The position numbers and the translations under genes were made by a program. Positions 1 through 7,545 of a stretch of DNA of 64,000 nt are shown one piece after another; the first letter of the stretch is position 1; each line of letters starts with the position of its first letter. Source of the DNA: an uncultured Dehalococcoidales bacterium (GTDB lineage: Bacteria; Chloroflexota; Dehalococcoidia; GIF9; UBA5629); assembly GCA_964545945.1 (NCBI GenBank), contig CAZJID010000002.1:1515-65514 (forward strand), read 5' to 3'. Below the pieces are notes generated by a model, which made no database searches, was not told the DNA's origin, and saw only the letters and a list, made by a program, of their open reading frames with translations.

Positions 1-225
1 GAGCTGGTGGATGAAATCGTTAAAGTAACCAACGATGATGCCGGTGCCACAGCCAGAAGGTTAGCCAGGGAGGAGGGCATACTCGCTGGTATTTCTTCCG
101 GCGCTGCCGCCTGGGCGGCTTTAGAAGTTGCCAAAAGGCCGGAGAACAAGGGGAAATTGCTTGTGGTCATTTTGCCTGATACTGGCGAGCGTTATATATC
201 TACCTGGCTTTTTCAGGGGTTGTAA
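1..225 (+). CDS. Cysteine synthase family protein (CysK/CysM/MccA-like), C-terminal fragment; the 5' end lies outside the window
   Basis: Frame 1 is open from base 1, so the M at 7 is internal. The tail ...[13 protein letters not shown]...[19 protein letters not shown] matches the C-terminus of PLP-dependent O-acetylserine sulfhydrylases. Confidence 0.8.
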   Translation, partial: ELVDEIVKVTNDDAGATARRLAREEGILAGISSGAAAWAALEVAKRPENKGKLLVVILPDTGERYISTWLFQGL

Positions 226-248
226 TAATTTTATGACGGAGGTGGAAT

Positions 249-1391
249 ATGAGGTTTGAAACGTTGGCCATACACGCGGGGGAAAGGCCGGATAGGGCCT
301 TCGGTGCTGTCTCGACCCCTATATATCAGACATCTACCTTTGCCTTTGAGGACGTAGGTAAGACAAGAGGCTACGATTATTCTCGAACGGCCAATCCGAC
401 CAGAAAAGTTCTTGAGGATACCCTGGCCCAGCTCGAAGGGGGAATGGTGGGATTTGCTTTCGCTACCGGGATGGCGGCCGAGACAACGATAGTGCACATT
501 TTGAAGGCCGGTGACCATTTAATATCAGCCGACGACGTCTACGGAGGGACTTACAGGCTTTTTCGAGACGTAATGCCCGCGCTCGGCTTAGAAATCACCT
601 TTCTGAGAATGAACAGCAAACAGTCCCTCGAACAAGCCATAAAGCCAAATACCAGAATGATATGGATGGAGACACCATCGAATCCGTTGCTTAATATAAC
701 CGACATTGAGATGGTGGTGGATATAGCCAGAAAGCATAAAGTATTGACGGTAATAGATAACACCTTTGCCACGCCGTATTTTCTTCAACCTATCAAATTT
801 GGGGTTGACTTGGTTGTCCATTCCACTACCAAATACCTTAACGGGCATTGTGATGTCGTCGGCGGAGCCGTGGTCACTACTACGTCGGAATTATCCGATA
901 GAGTTCAATTTCTTCTAAATGCTATGGGTACCTGCGCCTCGCCTTTTGACTGCTGGCTGGTGCTGCGCGGAATTCAAACGTTGCCGCTACGGATGATGAA
1001 ACACGAGGAAAATGCCACGGCTGTAGCTGAATATCTTCAGAAACACAAGGTGGTCAGAAAAGTATATTTCCCCGGCATTAAAACTCATCCGGGCCATGAA
1101 ATCGCCAGAAGGCAGATGAAGGGCTTCGGCGGGATGGTTTCTTTTGAGTTACACGGCGGAAAGGAATCAGCTAATAAATTTCTTAAAAGATTGAATGTTT
1201 TTGAGGTAGCCGAATCACTGGGCGGTGCCGCTTCGCTGGCGGAGCATCCATCAACGATGAGCCATGCCTCTATGCCTGCCGATTATAGAAAGAAAATAGG
1301 CATTGGCGATGACCTGTTACGGTTATCGGTTGGACTGGAAAACATCGACGACTTGTTTGAGGATTTGGAACAGGCGCTCAACATCAAATAA
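249..1391 (+). CDS. Cys/Met-metabolism PLP-dependent enzyme (cystathionine gamma-synthase / gamma-lyase family, MetB/MccB-like)
   Basis: 380 aa. N-terminal TLAIHAG motif, PLP-lysine context VHSTTKYLNGH, and family-typical length. RBS GGAGG lies 6 nt upstream. It starts 23 nt after the cysK-like gene. Confidence 0.85.
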   Translation: MRFETLAIHAGERPDRAFGAVSTPIYQTSTFAFEDVGKTRGYDYSRTANPTRKVLEDTLAQLEGGMVGFAFATGMAAETTIVHILKAGDHLISADDVYGGTYRLFRDVMPALGLEITFLRMNSKQSLEQAIKPNTRMIWMETPSNPLLNITDIEMVVDIARKHKVLTVIDNTFATPYFLQPIKFGVDLVVHSTTKYLNGHCDVVGGAVVTTTSELSDRVQFLLNAMGTCASPFDCWLVLRGIQTLPLRMMKHEENATAVAEYLQKHKVVRKVYFPGIKTHPGHEIARRQMKGFGGMVSFELHGGKESANKFLKRLNVFEVAESLGGAASLAEHPSTMSHASMPADYRKKIGIGDDLLRLSVGLENIDDLFEDLEQALNIK

Positions 1392-1500
1392 AGGCTTAAT
1401 CCCCGAGATTCACCCGATTTTCACTTTCAATTCATAATATATTCACAGTCGACTGCTAACATTCTGGCGTTATGGGAACACAGACCAGGAAGGAGAGAAG

Positions 1501-2691
1501 ATGAAGCTATATCAGGTGGTCGTGAAAGACGTGATTAGAAGGAAGCGACGGGTCTTGTACGCCACTCTCGGTGTGGTTATAGGAACGGCGACGGTGGTCG
1601 GCATACTTACGGTTGCTCGCGCTGGCCAGGAGAGAATCTATAATCAGCTTGAGAAATACGGGCCAAATCTGGCAGTAGTACCGGCGATAAACAATCTCGA
1701 TATGAAGTTGGGCGACGTAAGTCTTGGCATGGTAACCGTTGGCGACAACTATGTTTCAGAAGATAAATTGCCGGAGATCAGGCAGATAGCCGATGGTGAA
1801 ATACGGAAGAAATTTAATATAGAAGACCAGGGAAACATTGCTACCATTGCTCCAGCTTTATATGTCAATACGAAAGTTGGAAACACATCGGTGATGGTGG
1901 TTGGCATAGACCCACAGGAGGAGATGAAAATAAAGACATGGTGGAGAGTTAATCAGGGGAAGTACCTGGAACGAAAAGACCAGGCCATAGTGGGTGCGAT
2001 CGCCGCAGAAATTTTGAATCTGAAAGTGGGAGACGTGGTCCCGCTTGATGGCACGAGTGTAACGGTCACCGGTATATTAGAAGAGACCGGTTCGAATGAC
2101 GACTATCAAATATTTGTTCCTATAGAAACCTTACAAAAAGCTGCTGGTAGGGAGGGGCTTGTGTCATCGATAGACATTCGAGCCCTGTGCAATGCCTGTC
2201 CGGTAGAAACCATAGCCGACAGCATTAATAAAGACATCCCCGGAGTCCGTGCGGTTGCCGTAAAACAGATTGCGGCTTCTGAAATGGGCATGATGGATAA
2301 GATGAATAAGTTCATGCTGACTCTGGCGGGAATCACTCTTGCTCTCGGCCTCTTTGGAGTGGTCAATACCATGATGACTTCGGTGAACGAGAGAATCAAA
2401 GATATCGGGATAATGAGGGCTGTAGGTGCGTCAAGAAGTCAAATAGTAAAAGCGTTTATTTATGAGGCCATCATAATCGGAATTATCGGAGGTATTTTAG
2501 GATACATGCTAGGCACGGTTCTAGCTTATTTGGTAGGGCCTCTGATATTTGAGGGTACGGCCGTTGCTCTTGTTCCCCAGTATTTTGCTCTGGCTCTGGT
2601 GCTGGCAGTCGCAGTAGCCGTGATTGCAACTGTATATCCGGCCTATCGAGCGACACAAATCAAAGTCGCAGATTCATTCAGGTCATTGTAA
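1501..2691 (+). CDS. ABC transporter permease, FtsX/MacB type (one N-terminal TM, ~230-aa extracytoplasmic domain, three C-terminal TMs)
   Basis: 396 aa. The topology is readable from hydrophobic segments. The C-terminal region ...ERIKDIGIMRAVGASRSQI... is typical of the FtsX-like permease family. RBS GGAAGGAGAG. Confidence 0.85.
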   Translation: MKLYQVVVKDVIRRKRRVLYATLGVVIGTATVVGILTVARAGQERIYNQLEKYGPNLAVVPAINNLDMKLGDVSLGMVTVGDNYVSEDKLPEIRQIADGEIRKKFNIEDQGNIATIAPALYVNTKVGNTSVMVVGIDPQEEMKIKTWWRVNQGKYLERKDQAIVGAIAAEILNLKVGDVVPLDGTSVTVTGILEETGSNDDYQIFVPIETLQKAAGREGLVSSIDIRALCNACPVETIADSINKDIPGVRAVAVKQIAASEMGMMDKMNKFMLTLAGITLALGLFGVVNTMMTSVNERIKDIGIMRAVGASRSQIVKAFIYEAIIIGIIGGILGYMLGTVLAYLVGPLIFEGTAVALVPQYFALALVLAVAVAVIATVYPAYRATQIKVADSFRSL

Positions 2692-2701
2692 AGGGGGTGA
2701 T

Positions 2702-3394
2702 ATGTTACAGCTAAAAGAAATATCAAAGGTTTATGGTGAGGGAGCGGGGCGAGTAGTTGCGCTGGATAAAATCTCATTCAGTGCAGACGAGGGGCATTTT
2801 GTAGCGGTGATGGGGCCTTCGGGAAGTGGCAAGAGTACATTTTTAAATATTATAGGCGGGTTGGACCGGCCTTCCAGTGGAGAAGTTCTTCTGGAGGGAG
2901 AGCGCATTGACAATCTGGGTGAAAACGATTTAGTCGATGTCAGGCGTGGGAAAATTGCCTATGTCTTTCAGCAGTACCATCTGCTGCCGTCACTTACCGC
3001 GCTCGAAAATGTGCTGCTGCCTCTGGTGTTTTGCGGTGCCAGTAGGGAGGAAAATAAGGCTTTAGAAATACTGGAGAAAGTCGGTCTGGGTAATAGAACA
3101 GGACATAAGCCGAGCCAGCTTAGCGGTGGTGAGCAACAGAGGGTAGCCATCGCCAGAGCTCTTGTTAGCAAGCCGTCGCTTATCCTGGCCGATGAACCAA
3201 CGGGCAACATGGACCGGAAAACCGGTGGTGAGATTATGCGATTGTTTGACCAACTCCATAACGAAGGCCATGGCATTATTATGGTTACTCACGACCCCGA
3301 GATAGCGGACTTCGCTAACTCCACGGTGTTTCTGCAAGATGGGAAGATCGTCAATGAAAGGCAAACCAAAATAAGGAGGCCACATAAAAGATGA
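2702..3394 (+). CDS. ABC transporter ATP-binding protein (MacB/LolD-like)
   Basis: Walker A GPSGSGKST, signature LSGGEQQR, Walker B LILADEPT. I moved the start to ATG 2702 (RBS AAGGGGGTGA at 2691-2700). The track start at 2624 would overlap the permease by 68 nt. Confidence 0.9.
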   Translation: MLQLKEISKVYGEGAGRVVALDKISFSADEGHFVAVMGPSGSGKSTFLNIIGGLDRPSSGEVLLEGERIDNLGENDLVDVRRGKIAYVFQQYHLLPSLTALENVLLPLVFCGASREENKALEILEKVGLGNRTGHKPSQLSGGEQQRVAIARALVSKPSLILADEPTGNMDRKTGGEIMRLFDQLHNEGHGIIMVTHDPEIADFANSTVFLQDGKIVNERQTKIRRPHKR

Positions 3395-3972
3395 GAAATA
3401 AGATCAGTCAGATTGTGCTTGTTCCTGTAGCCACTCTGGCCATTGCCGGGATCACGGTGTCTTGCAGTAGCTTGAATTACCTTGCGCCCGTGCCGGATAT
3501 TGAAGCAGGGAAGACAAAAACGTTTTTAGTGTCTGGACTATCTATAGATCCGGTAGAGGTTTATGCCCGGGACGAAGTAGTAATTACCGCCCGCGTCACA
3601 AATGTTACCACCATCGATGATACCTATGACGCCGAATTAAAAATAAACAATGATATAGAGGCTTCAGATAAAATACTGGTACCAGCGGGAAAGACTCAAA
3701 CTTTAACGTTTGCAATATTTAAAGACAAACCTGGAACTTATAAAGTAGCTCTGGGGCCGCTCGAGGGGCAGTTTGCAGTGGCAGAATCGACCGTGGCTGG
3801 GCCTGATAATCAGCTGCCTGCCGTACCTGCGCAGGCCGGCACCAGTTGCTGTGGAATTGGAGCGCAGGTATCGTCTGTTTCCCAAACCGGGGCTAGCTGC
3901 TGCGAGACAGGTGTTCAGAACAATCCAGCGACCCAGCCAAACCGTACCTACGGCTGCAGCTGTGGCAGATAG
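3391..3972 (+). CDS. Lipoprotein with a CARDB-like beta-sandwich domain and a 6-Cys C-terminal tail
   Basis: Signal peptide with Cys (...AGITVSCSS). The central segment resembles CARDB domains. The tail reads GTSCCGIGAQ...GASCCETG...YGCSCGR. The start ATG overlaps the ATPase stop (ATGA), which implies translational coupling. Confidence 0.7.
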   Translation: MRNKISQIVLVPVATLAIAGITVSCSSLNYLAPVPDIEAGKTKTFLVSGLSIDPVEVYARDEVVITARVTNVTTIDDTYDAELKINNDIEASDKILVPAGKTQTLTFAIFKDKPGTYKVALGPLEGQFAVAESTVAGPDNQLPAVPAQAGTSCCGIGAQVSSVSQTGASCCETGVQNNPATQPNRTYGCSCGR

Positions 3973-4085
3973 AAAATTGTTAATAAGGAGTTTGAAAAAA
4001 TGCGTATTTGAAACAGCTCGCGCGGTAGTTAGTAAGACTCAAATACTTGATATTGAATTGTAAATTATGAGGAGGTTAATAGATT

Positions 4086-4667
4086 ATGTTAAAGAAAATA
4101 GGAATAGGTTTCGCAGCTTTAATTCTGGCATTGATAGGTGTGTCATGTGCAAGTTCGACAGTAGTGCCTCAGACCACGGGAGCACAGCCGTCAGCATCTG
4201 CTCCTGCGCCGGCAGTGCCAGCATCGCCGGCAACAGAGGCAATCCAGGCGACGACTGAAAAGCCATCGGGCCCGATAAAAGCGAAGCTTATCGAAGCACA
4301 GATTGACGGTGATGCGGTCTCGATTCCCGTAAGCGATGTCGAGAGTGATTGGAACACGCAGTTTGCGATAGATTCGCCATCCGGTAAAATGAACTTTATG
4401 GCATACCTGTTAAAAAACAAGATTTACGTCAGGGCAGATGTCTGCCCCCCATGCCGGTCCATAGGCTATTCTCTGGACGGCAATACTCTGGTGTGCGACA
4501 GATGTGCCACTACTTTCAAAGCTGATACAGGCGATGGAGTCGCCGGAGCCTGCGTTGATTACCCCAAAGCATTAGTGCCGTACCAGATATCAAATGGTAA
4601 CATAGTAATGCAGCAGGCAGACCTTGTCACCGCCTACGAAAGCACTTTAAACCCCGGCTGGCCTTAG
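4086..4667 (+). CDS. Lipoprotein with a DUF2318-like Cys-rich (zinc-ribbon-like) domain
   Basis: Signal peptide with Cys (LALIGVSCAS) and a Pro/Ala-rich linker. The core YVRADVCPPCRSIGYSLDGNTLVCDRCATTF...GACVDYP resembles, from memory, the DUF2318 'Fe-S-containing protein' family. RBS GAGGAGG. Confidence 0.65.
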   Translation: MLKKIGIGFAALILALIGVSCASSTVVPQTTGAQPSASAPAPAVPASPATEAIQATTEKPSGPIKAKLIEAQIDGDAVSIPVSDVESDWNTQFAIDSPSGKMNFMAYLLKNKIYVRADVCPPCRSIGYSLDGNTLVCDRCATTFKADTGDGVAGACVDYPKALVPYQISNGNIVMQQADLVTAYESTLNPGWP

Positions 4668-4795
4668 AATCGTGAAGATGTGATTTTTCCCTTTCAAAAT
4701 TTAGGGCCGCTGCTTGCGTGTTTGGCAAATAGCAGGTATCTTATAACTATACGAACCGAACATTGAGGTAACTCCGACACAAAGAGAGGTGTAGT

Positions 4796-6028
4796 TTGGC
4801 GTATGCCACCGGTTTACGCTGCCGGAAATGCGGCCAGGAATACCCCTTACAACCGATAAGGGTCTGCGACTTTTGCCTTAGCCCGGTCGAGGTTATCTAC
4901 GACTATAAGGCCATGGCCCGTGGGCTGACCCGCCGGAAAATATCGGAAGGCCCGATTAGTATGTGGCGTTATCGCGACCTTTTACCGGTTGAAGGGGAGG
5001 ATATAATAGACATCGGCACCGGCTTCACTCCTCTGGTGAAAGCTGATAACCTGGGACGTAAGCTGGGGTTGGATAAGCTCTACATAAAGAATGACTGTCT
5101 GAATCCTAGCTACTCCTTCAAGGACAGGGCTGTTTCTGTTGCCGTAACTAGAGCCCGTGAGTTCGGTTTTGATACGGTAGCCTGTGCTTCCACCGGTAAT
5201 CTGGCTGCCAGTGTGGCCGCCCATGCGGCCAAGGCTAACATGAAAGCCTATGTTTTCGTCCCGGCCAATGTGGAACCTGGCAAACTGGTCGGCGTGGCCA
5301 TATATAATCCGAACCTGGTAACTGTTGACGGAAGCTATGACGACGTAAACCGCCTCTGTGCCGACGTAGCACAGAGATACAACTGGGGATTTATAAACAT
5401 AAACCTCCGGCCCTACTACGCGGAGGGCAGTAAAACGCTGGGGTTCGAAGTGGCCGAGCAGCTAGGATGGCAGCCGCCCGATTGTGTGGTGGCTCCAGCG
5501 GCTTCAGGCCTGCTTTTTACTCGTATCTGGAAGGGATTGCAAGAACTATCCACGTTAAAGCTCATGGGTCCGGTAAATACTCATATGTATCTTACTCAGG
5601 CTTCAGGCAGTTCGCCGATCGTCCATGCTTTTGAGGTCGGCACTCTTCATGTCCACCCGGTAACGCCGAAAACAATGGTGACCTCGATAGCCATCGGCAA
5701 TCCGGCAGACGGTTATTATGCTTTGATGGTGGCCAGACAGTCCGGTGGTGGGGCTTCCAGCGCTACCGACGGAGAAGCAATAGAAGGAATGAAATTGCTG
5801 GCACAGACTGAAGGTATTTTTGCTGAGGCCGCCGGTGGGGTTGTTATCGCTGGGCTTAAGAAGCTTGCTTCTGCCGGAGTCATAAAAAGGGATCAATTAA
5901 CGGTCGCATTTATCACAGGGGCAGGTCCCAGAACTCAGGAGATTGTAAAGGATATCGTCCATACTTACAACGTCCGACCAGATTTGAAATCATTCAATCA
6001 AGTGCTAGGACCTACAGGTTTGAAATAA
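4796..6028 (+). CDS. thrC: Threonine synthase family PLP enzyme with an N-terminal 4-Cys zinc ribbon
   Basis: 410 aa. PLP-lysine motif SYSFKDR and a GNLAAS segment. N-terminal CRKC...CDFC ribbon. TTG start at 4796 is preceded by AGAGAGGTG. The nearby ATG at 4801 is out of frame. Confidence 0.85.
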   Translation: MAYATGLRCRKCGQEYPLQPIRVCDFCLSPVEVIYDYKAMARGLTRRKISEGPISMWRYRDLLPVEGEDIIDIGTGFTPLVKADNLGRKLGLDKLYIKNDCLNPSYSFKDRAVSVAVTRAREFGFDTVACASTGNLAASVAAHAAKANMKAYVFVPANVEPGKLVGVAIYNPNLVTVDGSYDDVNRLCADVAQRYNWGFININLRPYYAEGSKTLGFEVAEQLGWQPPDCVVAPAASGLLFTRIWKGLQELSTLKLMGPVNTHMYLTQASGSSPIVHAFEVGTLHVHPVTPKTMVTSIAIGNPADGYYALMVARQSGGGASSATDGEAIEGMKLLAQTEGIFAEAAGGVVIAGLKKLASAGVIKRDQLTVAFITGAGPRTQEIVKDIVHTYNVRPDLKSFNQVLGPTGLK

Positions 6029-6076
6029 ACACGCCTATGAGTTAATCTTTATCACAGGTGAAGACAGGAGGACATA

Positions 6077-6319
6077 ATGGCTAAGCGACAGGTAATGTTC
6101 ACCTTTCCGCGTAAGCTAATCAAGGAACCCATAATTTATCAACTGTCTCGTAAATTTGAAATAGTGACTAACATACGTCGTGCGGACGTATCGGAGGATA
6201 GGGGCTGGGTGGTTCTGGAGTTGGAGGGTGGGGACAAGGAAATCGATGCCGGGATTGCCTGGGTCAAAGAGGAAGGGGTTAGAGTGGACCCTGTGGTTGG
6301 AGATATTATCGAAGGCTAG
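6077..6319 (+). CDS. Stand-alone NIL-domain protein (80 aa)
   Basis: The whole protein aligns by eye to the NIL / MetN-C2 domain pattern (...KEPIIYQLSRKFEIVTNIRRADV..GWVVLELEG...AWVKEEGVRVD). It ends ...GDIIEG. RBS AGGAGG. Confidence 0.75.
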   Translation: MAKRQVMFTFPRKLIKEPIIYQLSRKFEIVTNIRRADVSEDRGWVVLELEGGDKEIDAGIAWVKEEGVRVDPVVGDIIEG

Positions 6320-6322
6320 GAC

Positions 6323-7492
6323 ATGAGAAGAATATATCTGGACTACGCCGCGACCACACCGACACATCCTGACGTAATAAAGGCGATGTTGCCGTATTTT
6401 GATGAGTCGTTCGGTAACCCTTCCAGCATTCATTCGTATGGTCAGGAAGCGAGAGATGCCGTCGAACGCGCGCGAAGCAAAGTATCGGCTCTCATCGGGG
6501 CTAAAAACGAGGAGATTGTTTTTACAGGCAGCGGAACGGAGGCGGACAATTTTGCTCTGAAGGGAATAGCATTGTCTCGCCAGGGCAAAGGTAACCATAT
6601 TATCACCAGCTCTATCGAACATCACGCGGTTCTCGGGACGTGCAAATTTCTGGAGGGACAGGGGTTTTCGATTACTTATCTTCCGGTAGACGGATTCGGC
6701 ACGGTCAACCCCGCTGATGTTAAGAAAGCGCTTACCCACAAAACCATCCTGGTTTCCATCATGACCGCCAACAATGAATGCGGTACCATAGAACCCATAG
6801 CTGAAATAGGGGCTATTACCGGTGAGGCGGAGATTTATTTTCATTCCGATGCGGTGCAGGCCGTCGGACATATCCCCATAAATGTGCATGAATTCAAAGT
6901 TGACCTGCTGTCGATGTCGGCGCACAAACTTTACGGGCCTAAAGGCATGGGTGCCCTGTATATTAGAAAAGGCACCAGAATAAGCCAGTTTATGCACGGT
7001 GGAAGTCAGGAGAGAGGCAGGCGAGCCAGCACTGAGAACGTACCGGGCATCGTTGGTCTGGGAAAGGCCGCTGAGATAGCAAAGCAGGAAATGTCGGAAG
7101 AATCCGGCAAGTTGACTGCTCTTCGTGACCGGCTAATCGAAGGTATACTCACGGGTATCGAGTATACGCAGTTGAATGGCGACCCGGTTAAAAGGTTGCC
7201 CAACAATGTAAACGTCAGCATCAACTACGTCGAAGGTGAATCAGTCTTGTTAAACCTGGACCTGGAAGGAATCTGCGCCTCGACTGGCTCAGCATGCACC
7301 TCGGAGGACCTGGAACCGTCCCACGTTCTGGTGGCGATGGGACTACCGCATTTGCAGGCGCATAGCTCGTTGAGGTTCAGTCTGGGGAAATGGACTACCG
7401 AGGACGACATAAATAAGGTGCTGGATGTCCTGCCTGGAATAGTCTCCAAGCTCAGGGCTATGTCGCCCCTTATGAAGGCTGCTGGAAAGTAG
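6323..7492 (+). CDS. nifS: Cysteine desulfurase (class V aminotransferase, NifS/IscS type)
   Basis: 389 aa. Begins IYLDYAATTP, carries PLP-lysine SAHKLYGPKG and active-site loop SSGSACTS-like STGSACTSE. It starts 3 nt after the NIL gene stop. Confidence 0.9.
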   Translation: MRRIYLDYAATTPTHPDVIKAMLPYFDESFGNPSSIHSYGQEARDAVERARSKVSALIGAKNEEIVFTGSGTEADNFALKGIALSRQGKGNHIITSSIEHHAVLGTCKFLEGQGFSITYLPVDGFGTVNPADVKKALTHKTILVSIMTANNECGTIEPIAEIGAITGEAEIYFHSDAVQAVGHIPINVHEFKVDLLSMSAHKLYGPKGMGALYIRKGTRISQFMHGGSQERGRRASTENVPGIVGLGKAAEIAKQEMSEESGKLTALRDRLIEGILTGIEYTQLNGDPVKRLPNNVNVSINYVEGESVLLNLDLEGICASTGSACTSEDLEPSHVLVAMGLPHLQAHSSLRFSLGKWTTEDDINKVLDVLPGIVSKLRAMSPLMKAAGK

Positions 7493-7545
7493 CCGGCCTC
7501 AGTCTTTTTATATCTACTGACCTGTAAAGGAGGAGTGTGAACCCT

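Noticed and set aside
2624-2701. N-terminal extensions in the ORF track for several genes: 2624, 10359, 28148, 41324, 61450, 42998, 38485, 38985, 36776, 39096
   Set aside because: In each case the extension runs into the upstream gene or into an RBS or operator. A downstream ATG or TTG with a properly spaced GGAGG-type RBS gives a family-typical N-terminus.
3838-3972. Cys-rich C-terminal tail of the CARDB lipoprotein as a C-terminal sorting signal (MYXO-CTERM / PEP-CTERM-like)
   Set aside because: No hydrophobic helix or basic cluster follows the Cys/Gly motif, so it does not have the tripartite architecture of sorting tags. A metal- or redox-active tail is more plausible.
3773-4063. 96-aa plus-strand ORF overlapping the end of the CARDB lipoprotein gene
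   Set aside because: It is an alternative frame of a supported gene, its translation is Arg/Pro/Ala-rich, and it has no RBS.
4668-4795. Possible SAM, Thr or Met riboswitch or leader upstream of the ThrC-like gene
   Set aside because: I could find no conserved riboswitch core, no terminator/antiterminator pair and no leader peptide by eye.
6116-6997. 293-aa minus-strand ORF
   Set aside because: It is antisense to the NIL gene and nifS, both well supported on the plus strand.
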